Assembly: GCA_903831815.1 (NCBI GenBank)
Contig: CAIKZC010000009.1
Span: forward strand, 5,576 to 69,575
DNA: 64,000 bases
Direction of reading: 5' to 3'
Source of the DNA: an uncultured bacterium
GTDB taxonomy: Bacteria; Patescibacteriota; Minisyncoccia; Phycocordibacterales; UBA11359
The notes under the pieces were generated by a model. The model saw nothing but the letters and a program-made list of their open reading frames with translations, was not told the DNA's origin and searched no databases. Both the position numbers and the translations under genes were made by a program. Positions 1 through 8,583 of the stretch are shown here, piece after piece. The first letter of the stretch is position 1; every line of letters starts with the position of its first letter.

Positions 1-1093
1 AAACGGCGCCGACGGAAATTCCAATATAAACGGTGGTGCCGGCGGTGATATTTCAATTGCCACCTCAACTACCGGCGCTATTTCAGCCAACGGAGGCGAT
101 CCAGACCATAATGGTGGCGATGCCGGCGCCATAACTATTGTGTATTCCTACGCAACAGCTAGCGGCACACCAATCATTGCTAAAGGAGGAGACTCGTCAG
201 GTTGTGGATACGGTGGTTCGGGCGGCGATGTTACCCTAATTAACTCCTCGGGTTACAGTATTTTAAACGGTAAAGGAACAGATAGTTTGAGCGGAGAATC
301 ATGTAATCCTTTCGGTTCCGCCGGCCATATTGGTCGTGGTGTAATTACCGGTATTTATACTCCTCCAGCTGTTCCGAAACCACCAACACCTCCTTCCAAT
401 CCGAATTCAAATCCATCTCAATCCTCATCCTATGTATTCGGTACAAAAAATTCTACTTTCAACCTGAATCTTGCCGATCTAAAACCGCTTACTCTGAAAA
501 ATCTACCTGTTTTTGGCGGTACCGAGGCAAATGCTTTTTCTTTCGAATCAGCCATTAAGCGTTTCTTGTTTGAACCGTTAGCAACGCTTTCAAAAGAAAT
601 AACTGCCGTATCAGAGCTAACCAAATACCTTGCCGCCGCTGGAATTCAAACTCAGTTCGATCTCATCAAACTAAAAACAAATACCGTACCGTTGTCTTTA
701 CCTAAAAATAGCCTTGATACTCCCGCAGGTCTGTTTATTGTTACTTCAAATAATGTTTCTGTTCCAATTTCCGCCGGTTATGATGAAAAATTATATCTTG
801 TTGAAAAAGTTAACGTTACTGCCAGTTCCTCAGTATCTATTTTATTGAACCCGGCAAAGAGTGCTGTAATGGACGCAAGTTTTGATGGTCAAACCTATTC
901 CTTCAAAAAAATAGTCGGAAATTCAATGGTAACCTTGAATTTACCGACCTCAATCACTCCCGGAGTACATATTCTAATCACTAAAGCTTCGCCAATACCT
1001 CTAATTATCAACGTTATTCCCGCAAAATCGGTAACACCGACGATTGAAAAAGTGAAAAATCAAAGTGTTTGGGAATTTCTAAAGTTTTGGTGA
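1..1093 (+). CDS. C-terminal part of a secreted/surface protein with Gly-rich GGxGGD-like repeats and a Pro/Thr/Asn-rich linker; the 5' end lies outside the window
   Basis: Frame 2 is open from position 2 with no stop before the ORF-track start at 140 (GTG). It contains repeated NGG.GGD motifs, a PPAVPKPPTPPSNPNSNP linker, and a beta-rich C-terminal domain. Confidence 0.45.
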   Translation, partial: NGADGNSNINGGAGGDISIATSTTGAISANGGDPDHNGGDAGAITIVYSYATASGTPIIAKGGDSSGCGYGGSGGDVTLINSSGYSILNGKGTDSLSGESCNPFGSAGHIGRGVITGIYTPPAVPKPPTPPSNPNSNPSQSSSYVFGTKNSTFNLNLADLKPLTLKNLPVFGGTEANAFSFESAIKRFLFEPLATLSKEITAVSELTKYLAAAGIQTQFDLIKLKTNTVPLSLPKNSLDTPAGLFIVTSNNVSVPISAGYDEKLYLVEKVNVTASSSVSILLNPAKSAVMDASFDGQTYSFKKIVGNSMVTLNLPTSITPGVHILITKASPIPLIINVIPAKSVTPTIEKVKNQSVWEFLKFW

Positions 1094-1165
1094 AATACAA
1101 TTTAACACTATCCTAATAATATGGCCTAAAATAAGGCTATATTGATATTTTGCCGTACAGAAAGC

Positions 1166-1194
1166 TTGACAATAATCTCAAAATTTGCTACTAT
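1166..1194 (+). promoter_or_regulatory. sigma70-like promoter TTGACA-17bp-TACTAT
   Basis: Exact -35 TTGACA at 1166-1171, a 17-nt spacer, and -10 TACTAT at 1189-1194, upstream of the ATG at 1229. Confidence 0.45.
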
Positions 1195-1228
1195 GTTATC
1201 AACTCAGATTATCCCTGAGTTTTCTTTT

Positions 1229-1684
1229 ATGAATTTTATCTCAATATCAATGGTTGTAGCGTCTCTGTTGGCTTCCGCACACTTCAGTACTGTTGATGTG
1301 AAATCAACAACGCAAGAAAATCCCGTATATGCTGTGGAAACCGTTGTTTTAGCGGAAAATATTGCAACAAAACCCGTTATCTCTAATATCACTGTTGAGG
1401 ACGTTGTAAAGGATTATTTCAAGGATATTCCAATCTTAGCTAAAGTTGCTAAGTGCGAATCTCGCTATCGTCAGACTGATGCAAATGGAGAAATTCTTCG
1501 TGGCGAGACCAATAAATTTGACGTAGGTGTGATGCAAATTAATGAAAAGTATCACTTAGAGAGAGCTAAAGGAATGGATCTTAACATATATACTCTCGGT
1601 GGAAACCTTGAATATGCCCGTAATCTGTATGATGTTAGCGGCACGGCTCCATGGTCAGCTTCTAAAGCTTGTTGGGGAGTGTAA
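1229..1684 (+). CDS. Membrane-anchored lytic transglycosylase-like (SLT/lysozyme-like) protein
   Basis: An N-terminal hydrophobic helix. AKCES...DVGVMQINEKYH resembles the SLT catalytic ES ... GLMQ motif. The ATG at 1229 is in frame with the ORF-track start at 1142, which lies upstream of the promoter. Confidence 0.5.
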   Translation: MNFISISMVVASLLASAHFSTVDVKSTTQENPVYAVETVVLAENIATKPVISNITVEDVVKDYFKDIPILAKVAKCESRYRQTDANGEILRGETNKFDVGVMQINEKYHLERAKGMDLNIYTLGGNLEYARNLYDVSGTAPWSASKACWGV

Positions 1685-1692
1685 GAGGAAGA

Positions 1693-1741
1693 CCTCAAAA
1701 TAAAAAGCTTCGCCAAACCGGCGAAGCTTTTTATTTTGAGG
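1693..1741. terminator. Bidirectional intrinsic terminator
   Basis: Perfect 22-nt palindromic arms CCTCAAAATAAAAAGCTTCGCC / GGCGAAGCTTTTTATTTTGAGG around an AAACC loop, with A/T runs on both sides. Confidence 0.7.
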
Positions 1742-1819
1742 TCGCCAATCTCTTTGAAACAAATCAAACCTATGGGTGTATAATACAAAAGTAGGTCTTT
1801 ATTTATAACTTTAATCACT

Positions 1820-2092
1820 ATGTCATCTAAAAATCAAGGATTTGTTGTTCCTGTTGCAATAGGAGTTTTGGTTCTTGCTTCTCTAGGTTTAATTTTTTAT
1901 TCATGGTTTAATCAAAAAAATACCATGGGTAATACAATAAAAACCGAGTCGTCGAAGAATGTCAGCCAAAAAACATTAAGCGATGATAAGTCGTTAGATA
2001 GTGAAAGCGCCGCTATTGATTCACAGATCAATAATTTGGATAACAATAGTGCCGATATCAATACCAGTCTCAATGATACATCATCAATTTAA
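1820..2092 (+). CDS. Small membrane-anchored hypothetical protein (N-terminal TM, Ser/Asn-rich tail)
   Basis: ORF with a hydrophobic N-terminus (VVPVAIGVLVLASLGLIFYSWF). Confidence 0.4.
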   Translation: MSSKNQGFVVPVAIGVLVLASLGLIFYSWFNQKNTMGNTIKTESSKNVSQKTLSDDKSLDSESAAIDSQINNLDNNSADINTSLNDTSSI

Positions 2093-2098
2093 TATTTA

Positions 2099-2869
2099 AT
2101 GATCAACATGAAAAAATATCAAACTTATATAATTGCCAGTTTCGCATTCATCGGAATCGTGACATTAACTGCAAGTCCGGTTCTTGCCGACAATGCCAGT
2201 ACGACTTCAAATTCAAGCTCGACCGCTAAACACGCTTCGAAATTGGATCAGGTTACGGCTCGTTTACAAACACGTGCAAGCACCGAAATCAATCGCAGAA
2301 CAACTTCGCTCAACAAACTTCAGGAAAAGATTCAAGGAATGAAGAAAGTTTCCGCTTCGGACAAATCATCTTTCTCTACAACAGTACAAGGTCAGATAAA
2401 CCTTCTTAACAATCTTAAGGTAAAAATAGACGGAGATACTGATGCATCAACTCTTAAAACTGACGTACAATCAATAACCAAGTCGTATCGTATATATATG
2501 CTGGTTATGCCCAAAATAGAAATTATTGCGGCTGCGGATAAAGTATCAACAACAGCCGATCTCCTATCTACTTATTCTGCAAAACTTCAGACAAGGGTAG
2601 GCTCAACATCGACTTTAATCGCGGACATGAATGCCAAGATCGCTGACGCAAGGACTCAATCGGCTAACGCTATTGCCGGAGTCACCAATCTTACCCCTGA
2701 CAATGGTGATAAGACCGTTATGGCAAGTAACACTGCCGCTCTAAAAGCCGCTAGAGATCAAGTTAAAGCTGCGGTTCAGGACCTCAAAGACGCATCAAAA
2801 GACGGAAAAATGATCAGACAGAGCCTAGGAGGTACTGCAACAAGCACTGCTTCGACAACTTCTCAGTAA
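2099..2869 (+). CDS. Secreted alpha-helical hypothetical protein (signal peptide)
   Basis: N-terminal signal-like segment ending ..LTASPVLA. The mature part is Ala/Thr/Ser/Lys-rich and predicted coiled-coil-like. Confidence 0.5.
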   Translation: MINMKKYQTYIIASFAFIGIVTLTASPVLADNASTTSNSSSTAKHASKLDQVTARLQTRASTEINRRTTSLNKLQEKIQGMKKVSASDKSSFSTTVQGQINLLNNLKVKIDGDTDASTLKTDVQSITKSYRIYMLVMPKIEIIAAADKVSTTADLLSTYSAKLQTRVGSTSTLIADMNAKIADARTQSANAIAGVTNLTPDNGDKTVMASNTAALKAARDQVKAAVQDLKDASKDGKMIRQSLGGTATSTASTTSQ

Positions 2870-3059
2870 TTTAATCATAAAATAGCAACAAAAAACTCCA
2901 TTTGATATTTTCAGACGGAGTTTTTTGTTATGGAAGTCTCGTTGCTTTGATTGTTGGCGGTAGCAACATGAGACAAAATGTCGCTATCAACAATAATATT
3001 TTTATGATCATAGTTAGTTTTATGTTTCTACACTCTCTGAGACGTACTAAGTGGAAAAT

Positions 3060-3090
3060 TATTACAAAACTCCGAGACAATATGATATAA
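3060..3090 (+). promoter_or_regulatory. sigma70-like promoter with extended -10 (TTACAA ... TGaTATAAT)
   Basis: TGATATAAT at 3082-3090 with TTACAA about 17 nt upstream; precedes the gene at 3127. Confidence 0.4.
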
Positions 3091-3126
3091 TTCCTGTTTC
3101 GGAATGCCAAAGTTCGCAATCTAAAT

Positions 3127-3825
3127 ATGAAAGCCCTTACTCAAGAACTCAAAAAAGTCGCGAATTCCAATAAAGCTGTCTTTTTAAGTCAGTATTTTAA
3201 GACTGGTAAGGGAGAATATGGTGAAGGAGACACTTTTTTGGGTATTACGGTACCAAAACAGCGTGTGATTGCCAAGAAATATTATAAAGAGATCGGTTTG
3301 GTTGGGATCGGCAAATTACTGGAAAGCTCGGTGCATGAACATCGTTTTACAGCCCTTGAAATGCTGGTTTTTAAATATGAAGAGTCGACGGATGAGAAAA
3401 CCAAAAAGGAAATATTCAAGTTTTATATTAAGAATCGCAAGGGCGTGAACAATTGGGACCTAGTAGATACGTCAGCTCCATATATTGTTGGCGATTATTT
3501 AGCTTATCGGCCAAGGAGTATTTTATACCGTCTCGCCAAGTCGAAAAATGTTTGGGATAGGCGAATTGCGGTGGTTTCAACCTATCTTTTCATCAAAAGG
3601 GGCGATTTTTCCGATATTACAGCTCTAACAGAGATGCTAATGACTGATCAACACCCTTTGATCCATAAAGTTTGCGGTTGGATGTTGCGTGAAATGGGTA
3701 AGGTTAGCGAGATTATGCTTCTTGATTTTCTTAATAAATATCATCAGTTGATGCCGAGAATAATGTTGAGTTATGCAATCGAGAGATTACCAAAAAAACT
3801 TAAAGTGAATTATACTGGTAAATAG
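3127..3825 (+). CDS. DNA alkylation repair enzyme (AlkD/AlkC-like HEAT-repeat glycosylase family)
   Basis: YFKTGKGEYGEGDTFLGITVPKQRVIAKKY matches the DNA_alkylation (PF08713-type) signature; length about 230 aa. Confidence 0.6.
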   Translation: MKALTQELKKVANSNKAVFLSQYFKTGKGEYGEGDTFLGITVPKQRVIAKKYYKEIGLVGIGKLLESSVHEHRFTALEMLVFKYEESTDEKTKKEIFKFYIKNRKGVNNWDLVDTSAPYIVGDYLAYRPRSILYRLAKSKNVWDRRIAVVSTYLFIKRGDFSDITALTEMLMTDQHPLIHKVCGWMLREMGKVSEIMLLDFLNKYHQLMPRIMLSYAIERLPKKLKVNYTGK

Positions 3826-3870
3826 GATGAACGAGAGATTTTTAATAATATTTTAAACAGTTAAAGACAC

Positions 3871-4782
3871 ATGAAACCACAAATCGCCATTTTCGGACTT
3901 GGTCGTATGGGAAGTCAGATTGCTCGACGTTTACATAAAAATAATTTTACGGTCTTTGCTTGGAATCGTTCGGAAGAATCCGTTAAGGAAATAAAGCAAG
4001 CCGGTATTGCCGCATCACAGAATATTGATGATGTCATTAAACATTTTACCGACAAACAGCGAATATTTTGGATAATGTTGCCACATGCGATCGTGGATGA
4101 GTTTCTATTTGGCGGACTCTCGGCTCATTTACGCAAAGGCGACATTGTGATAGATGGAGGAAATAGTTTTTATAAAGATACAGTAGAACGATCTAAAAAA
4201 CTAGCTAAAAAAGGTGTCACGTTTTTTGATTGTGGCACTTCCGGCGGTGTTTGGGGCGAAAGAAATGGTTTCGCTCTCATGGTTGGTGGGCCAAAGGCGC
4301 AATGGAAAAAAATCGAGCTGATCATTAAAACTCTTTCATCTGGAGACAATTATGCTTGGCTTGGCGAATCGGGTGCAGGACATTTTGCCAAAATGGTTCA
4401 CAATGGAATCGAATATGGCATGATGGAAGCGATTGCCGAGGGTTACGGCGTACTTGATGCTAGCAAATATAAATACAATTTAAAAGACGTAACACGGGTC
4501 TATCAGAAAGGTTCCGTCGTTCGTTCGTGGCTTATCGACCTCTGTCGCAATATTTTTGAAACAGAAAATTTGAAAAAAGTTAAAGGTAAGATCGATACTA
4601 CCGGGGAAGGCGAGTGGACGGTTAAAACGGGCAAGGAGTTGCGCGTGGACGTGCGAGTCATCGCCGATGCTTTGAAAGTGCGCAAAGAATCTGCTAGCGC
4701 CAAAAATCAAAAGAAATTCTCTAACAAAATGGTCGCACTTATGCGCAAGCAGTTTGGTGGGCATGAGGTGCATAAGAAATAA
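3871..4782 (+). CDS. 6-phosphogluconate dehydrogenase (decarboxylating)-like, short YqeC/Gnd-like form
   Basis: N-terminal Rossmann fold GLGRMGSQIARRL, plus IDGGNSFYKDT and HFAKMVHNGIEYGMMEAIAEGY motifs typical of 6PGDH. Confidence 0.7.
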   Translation: MKPQIAIFGLGRMGSQIARRLHKNNFTVFAWNRSEESVKEIKQAGIAASQNIDDVIKHFTDKQRIFWIMLPHAIVDEFLFGGLSAHLRKGDIVIDGGNSFYKDTVERSKKLAKKGVTFFDCGTSGGVWGERNGFALMVGGPKAQWKKIELIIKTLSSGDNYAWLGESGAGHFAKMVHNGIEYGMMEAIAEGYGVLDASKYKYNLKDVTRVYQKGSVVRSWLIDLCRNIFETENLKKVKGKIDTTGEGEWTVKTGKELRVDVRVIADALKVRKESASAKNQKKFSNKMVALMRKQFGGHEVHKK

Positions 4783-4822
4783 ATAGTAAATGTCGAGATA
4801 TCTCTCATGATATAATCACTAT

Positions 4823-6475
4823 ATGACCCAAAAGGAAGCATTGGATATTCTGAAACTTGGACATAATGTGTATTTGACCGGTTCGGCGGGGAGCGGGAAG
4901 ACTTATTTACTCAATCAATACATCAAATATCTCAAGGAAAATAAAATTGAAGTGGCGGTGACGGCTTCAACCGGTATTGCGGCAACACATATGAATGGTA
5001 TTACGATTCATTCATGGTCTGGGCTTGGTATTCGCGACACTTTACCAGAAGATGTGATTTCCGAACTGGAGGAACGAAAATATCTTTTTGATAGGATGCA
5101 GAGAACAAAAGTTTTGATTATTGATGAAGTTTCGATGCTGCACCACTTTCGTCTCGATTTGGTGGATACTTTGGTGAGGCGTTTTAAACGTGATAATCGA
5201 CCTTTTGGTGGCATGCAGGTCGTTCTTTGTGGTGACTTTTTCCAATTGCCGCCGGTCTCCCGCCAAGGTGAGAGGGAAGCTCATTTCATCTATCACTCCG
5301 ATGCTTGGAAAACCCTTGATCCGACTATTTGTTATCTACACGAACAACATCGTCAGACCGATCAAAATCACACCAATATTTTAAATGAAATTCGTCGCAA
5401 TGATGTTTCGAAAAGTACGTACGAACATTTGCAAAGTCGTTTTAATAAAGAACCGGATACCAACGCCGAGCCGACTTGTTTGTATACTCATAATATTGAT
5501 GTTGATACTATAAATTCCAAAGCGCTCGGTGAAATTGATGACGAGTCTAGGATTTTTGAAATGAGCAGTCGGGGTCGGCCGCCGCTCGTTGAGATTTTAA
5601 AAAAAAGTTGTCTCGCGCCGGAAAAATTGCATTTGAAACTTGGCGCGCGAGTAATGTTCGTCAAAAATAATTTTGAAGGCGGATACGTGAACGGCACACT
5701 CGGAAAAGTTATCGAATTTGAAATGGATGCACCAATTATTTTGACCACGAGAGGGAAGAGAATCAAAGCCTCACCTGTTTCTTGGAGTATTGAGGAGGAA
5801 GGAAAAGTAAAAGCTGAGATCACTCAAGTGCCGTTGCGACTAGCCTGGGCTATTACCGTACACAAAAGTCAGGGTATGAGTTTGGATGCAGTTGAAGTCG
5901 ATCTCTCCAAATCTTTTGAACGAGGTATGGGTTATGTCGCACTTTCCCGCGTGCGCACGCTTGGTGGTTTGAAGTTGCTCGGCATAAATAATTTGTCGCT
6001 TCAAGTTCATGAGGAAGTTTCCGAATTCGATCAAAGTTTACAAACTTTTTCCGAGACGGCAGTGGAGGCGTTGCGGGGTATGAAAAGCACCGTAAAAGAG
6101 AGGATTCAGCAAGAATTTATTTCCAAAAATACCACCAAAGAAAAACAGGCTGATCAAAAGGTTTCAACGTATGAAGAGACCAGAAAACTGGTGCTAGAGA
6201 AGCTTTCTATTAAAGATATGGCTAAAAAACGAGAAATGGTTGTTGGCACAATCATAAGCCACCTAGAAACTTTGTGCGACGAAAGAAAATTAAATCCGGA
6301 AAATGATCTAAAATACTTGAAACCTGAAATCAAAAGATTTAAAAAAATGGAATCGGCTTTGGAAAAAGTTTTGGCTAAAACCGGTGCCATGAAACTTTCA
6401 GCCACTCGTGACGTTCTAGGTCGCTCATTTAATTTCGAAGAAATTAGGATTGCTCGTTTGTTTGTTAAAAAATAA
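4823..6475 (+). CDS. PIF1/RecD-like ATP-dependent DNA helicase with a C-terminal helical/HTH-like extension
   Basis: Walker A GSAGSGKT, Walker B LIIDEVSM, VHKSQG motif, and LSRVRTLGGLKLL typical of the PIF1 family. Confidence 0.75.
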   Translation: MTQKEALDILKLGHNVYLTGSAGSGKTYLLNQYIKYLKENKIEVAVTASTGIAATHMNGITIHSWSGLGIRDTLPEDVISELEERKYLFDRMQRTKVLIIDEVSMLHHFRLDLVDTLVRRFKRDNRPFGGMQVVLCGDFFQLPPVSRQGEREAHFIYHSDAWKTLDPTICYLHEQHRQTDQNHTNILNEIRRNDVSKSTYEHLQSRFNKEPDTNAEPTCLYTHNIDVDTINSKALGEIDDESRIFEMSSRGRPPLVEILKKSCLAPEKLHLKLGARVMFVKNNFEGGYVNGTLGKVIEFEMDAPIILTTRGKRIKASPVSWSIEEEGKVKAEITQVPLRLAWAITVHKSQGMSLDAVEVDLSKSFERGMGYVALSRVRTLGGLKLLGINNLSLQVHEEVSEFDQSLQTFSETAVEALRGMKSTVKERIQQEFISKNTTKEKQADQKVSTYEETRKLVLEKLSIKDMAKKREMVVGTIISHLETLCDERKLNPENDLKYLKPEIKRFKKMESALEKVLAKTGAMKLSATRDVLGRSFNFEEIRIARLFVKK

Positions 6476-6476
6476 T

Positions 6477-6896
6477 ATGCCGACCTGGATGTTCCGTAGA
6501 ATTCGCAGGGTCAGGTTGTACCGAAGACGATGCCGTAGAGTCGGTCACGCTATTTTTGTCAGAAATTCGAAGATGGAATATCAAAAACATAAGGAATCAG
6601 CCCGTTCCTTGGTTCTTCGAAAAATTGCGGAATTTAATAACTTTTATAACTTTAATTTAGGTCGAATTACCATTAGAAACCAAAGATCGCGGTGGGGTAG
6701 TTGTTCCAAAAAAGGAAATATGAATTTTAATTACAGATTGGCACTTATTCCCGACAAATTAGTCGATTATGTTATCGTTCATGAACTTTGTCACATCGGC
6801 GAATTCAATCACTCAAATGATTTTTGGAATTTGGTCGCACAAACAATTCCTGATCACTCCCAACTGCGAAAAGATTTACGAAAAATTAAATTTTAA
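6477..6896 (+). CDS. YgjP/DUF45 (WLM-like) metal-dependent hydrolase
   Basis: SRWGSCS ... DYVIVHELCHIGEFNHSNDFW (HExxH) closely resembles E. coli YgjP. The ATG at 6477 lies 1 nt after the helicase stop; the ORF-track TTG at 6450 is an alternative start. Confidence 0.55.
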   Translation: MPTWMFRRIRRVRLYRRRCRRVGHAIFVRNSKMEYQKHKESARSLVLRKIAEFNNFYNFNLGRITIRNQRSRWGSCSKKGNMNFNYRLALIPDKLVDYVIVHELCHIGEFNHSNDFWNLVAQTIPDHSQLRKDLRKIKF

Positions 6897-6956
6897 AAAA
6901 ATTGCGGAAAATATTTTAACAATAATTTTTCGCGCACAAAATTTTGCAAAAAACTA

Positions 6957-6984
6957 TTTACAATACAAACGTGGGTGATATAAT
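6957..6984 (+). promoter_or_regulatory. sigma70-like promoter TTTACA-16-TGaTATAAT
   Basis: Extended -10 at 6976-6984 and -35 at 6957-6962, upstream of the small basic ORF. Confidence 0.45.
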
Positions 6985-7036
6985 TTTAGTAGTGATGTTG
7001 TCGACATCTTAGATTTAGTAGCCAACAAAAAATTCT

Positions 7037-7132
7037 ATGGCGAAAAAAGCAAAGAAGACAAAGTCTCGTAAAGTCGCAAGAAAAGTTACTCGCAAGAGTA
7101 AAGCAAAGAAGACCTCAAAAAGACGAAGATAA
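7037..7132 (+). CDS. 31-aa Lys/Arg-rich small protein (MAKKAKKTKSRKVARKVTRKSKAKKTSKRRR), not in the ORF track
   Basis: ATG to TAA ORF sitting between its own promoter and a hairpin terminator; extremely basic. Confidence 0.4.
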   Translation: MAKKAKKTKSRKVARKVTRKSKAKKTSKRRR

Positions 7133-7146
7133 CTTTTATCTTCCAA

Positions 7147-7176
7147 CAAAAAACTACCGGTGGGTAGTTTTTTGCT
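7147..7176 (+). terminator. Intrinsic terminator
   Basis: AAACTACC-GGTG-GGTAGTTT hairpin followed by TTTTTG. Confidence 0.55.
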
Positions 7177-7204
7177 TTCAAATTTGTAAATTGAGAAAAA
7201 ATGA

Positions 7205-7453
7205 TTAACAACACTTACATCGACGAGTGATCATTTTAAAAATAACGGCAACGATCACGATAATTGGCCAAATTATTTGAGCCGTATCAATGCTGTAAAC
7301 TTTGAAGGCAACCAACAGAAAATCCAAAGCAATTAGGATCGCCACAATAGAAATGACACGATGGTGTGGACAACAGCACTTTTTGCATCCACCGCAATGG
7401 GCACCTTCACAAGTCTTTCCAACTTCACCACCAACTTTTACCTCTTCGTTCAT
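7205..7453 (-). CDS. Cys-rich two-TM small membrane protein (CxxxxCxxCxxCCC N-terminus, C-terminal CKCC)
   Basis: ORF-track frame. The start is taken at the internal ATG (MNEEV..) because the ATG at 7492 overlaps a TGaTATAAT -10 box on the same strand. The alternative is 7205..7492. Confidence 0.35.
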   Translation of the reverse strand: MNEEVKVGGEVGKTCEGAHCGGCKKCCCPHHRVISIVAILIALDFLLVAFKVYSIDTAQIIWPIIVIVAVIFKMITRRCKCC

Positions 7454-7517
7454 ATAATTAAAATTATTAATAATTTCTCCGATCAAAATCATTATATCAC
7501 GTGTTCACAATTGCACG

Positions 7518-7545
7518 TTGTAAGAAACTATTGCGGCGGTATAAT
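7518..7545 (+). promoter_or_regulatory. sigma70-like promoter TTGTAA-16-TATAAT, overlapping a divergent minus-strand promoter
   Basis: -35 at 7518-7523 and -10 at 7540-7545. On the opposite strand, TTACAA-18-TGaTATAAT serves the Cys-rich gene. Confidence 0.4.
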
Positions 7546-7588
7546 ATATTAGGGTACGATCTTTTGTTTCAACGAATGGAGTACGCGT

Positions 7589-7789
7589 ATGGGTAATTTG
7601 CAGAAACGTGATGTTACTTTGTCTGATGTACAAGCTCACGCAAACAATCATCATGGAGGTGAAGTTTGGAATCTTGTACAATCATGTATGCGTCCTGATC
7701 CGGGACCGATACGGAGGGCAGTGGCAAGAACTATGGCCGGAGAAATTCCGCCAGAAGTTGCGGAACACGTCGCGGAAAATCGGAGGTAG
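7589..7789 (+). CDS. 66-aa hypothetical small protein, or possibly a structured leader RNA; the 3' half is GC-rich
   Basis: GGAG 7 nt upstream of the ATG, a promoter upstream, and a terminator 30 nt downstream. A local GC spike; no recognisable family. Confidence 0.3.
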   Translation: MGNLQKRDVTLSDVQAHANNHHGGEVWNLVQSCMRPDPGPIRRAVARTMAGEIPPEVAEHVAENRR

Positions 7790-7821
7790 GCGTTCGTAAA
7801 AAATATAACCAAAACAAAATC

Positions 7822-7855
7822 GGGCGTCACAGAAAGGGTGACGTCCGTGTTTTTT
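7822..7855 (+). terminator. Intrinsic terminator immediately upstream of the RibD_C-like gene
   Basis: GGGCGTCAC-agaaagg-GTGACGTCC hairpin (9 bp, one G-U pair) followed by GTGTTTTTT. Confidence 0.6.
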
Positions 7856-7887
7856 ATATAAAATAAGTAAAATGATATAATAATATT

Positions 7888-8583
7888 ATGAATAAACCAG
7901 AAATAACGCTTTTTATGTTGATGTCGGTGGATGGGAAGATCTCAACTGGCGATACGGAAGCTATGGATTTTGATAAAGATTTTCCGATTATTATTGGTTT
8001 GAAAGAAGGTCTTCATCAATATTACGATTTAGAACAGCAAACTGATTTATTTTCATTAAATACCGGTAAAGTGTTTGCAAAGATCGGTATTAATGAAAAA
8101 ATTGACGATCCAGTAAAATTAGCAGTGAGTTTAGTAGTAATTGATAATCATCCTCATCTAACAGAAAAAGGGGTTGATTATTTAGCCAAAAAAGCCAAAA
8201 CACTGATTATTGTCACAACTAACAAATCACACCCTGCATTCGAAATAAAAAATACATTCAAGAACATTGAAATCATTTCTTATGACGACAAAATTGATTT
8301 AGTGGATTTGATGTCAAAACTTAAAAACAATTTTGGTGTAGAAAAATTAACTATACAATCCGGCGGAACCATGAATTCTGAATTTATAAGAATCGGCTTG
8401 GTTGATAAATTGAAACTAGTTGTGGCACCTGCTTTGATTGGGGGAGCGCAGACCCCGACAATTATGGACGGTGAATCAATTCATTTATCCGAAGAATTAT
8501 TAAAAATTAAAACTCTTGAATTAGTGAGAGCTGAATCTTTAAAAGATTCTTATTTACTACTGGAATATAAAGTCATCAATTAA
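7888..8583 (+). CDS. RibD C-terminal domain / dihydrofolate-reductase-like family protein
   Basis: LMSVDGKISTGD and a C-terminal VVAPALIGGA pattern typical of the PF01872 reductase family. Confidence 0.6.
   Translation: MNKPEITLFMLMSVDGKISTGDTEAMDFDKDFPIIIGLKEGLHQYYDLEQQTDLFSLNTGKVFAKIGINEKIDDPVKLAVSLVVIDNHPHLTEKGVDYLAKKAKTLIIVTTNKSHPAFEIKNTFKNIEIISYDDKIDLVDLMSKLKNNFGVEKLTIQSGGTMNSEFIRIGLVDKLKLVVAPALIGGAQTPTIMDGESIHLSEELLKIKTLELVRAESLKDSYLLLEYKVIN

Noticed and set aside
2902-3119. Small ORFs 2902..3090 (plus) and 2928..3119 (minus) between the secreted protein gene and alkD
   Set aside because: They overlap a terminator and the alkD promoter (TTACAA-17-TGaTATAAT), have no SD and show random-looking composition.
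6450-6580. Arg-rich GC-rich segment after the PIF1 helicase stop, as a non-coding element or a truncated YgjP
   Set aside because: Alignment with E. coli YgjP puts the HExxH motif at the same distance from the N-terminus, so the Arg-rich stretch is most simply the genuine N-terminal region of a full-length YgjP-like protein starting at ATG 6477.
7560-7860. Known structured RNAs (RNase P RNA, tmRNA, 6S, FMN/THF/ZTP/glycine/c-di-GMP riboswitches) for the GC spike upstream of the RibD_C-like gene
   Set aside because: None of the remembered consensus motifs (AGGAAAGUCC, tRNA-like ends, GGUGAAAUUCC, GGGUCGUGAC and others) match. An ACAGAAAG motif occurs, but only in the terminator loop. Left as an unclassified small ORF or leader.
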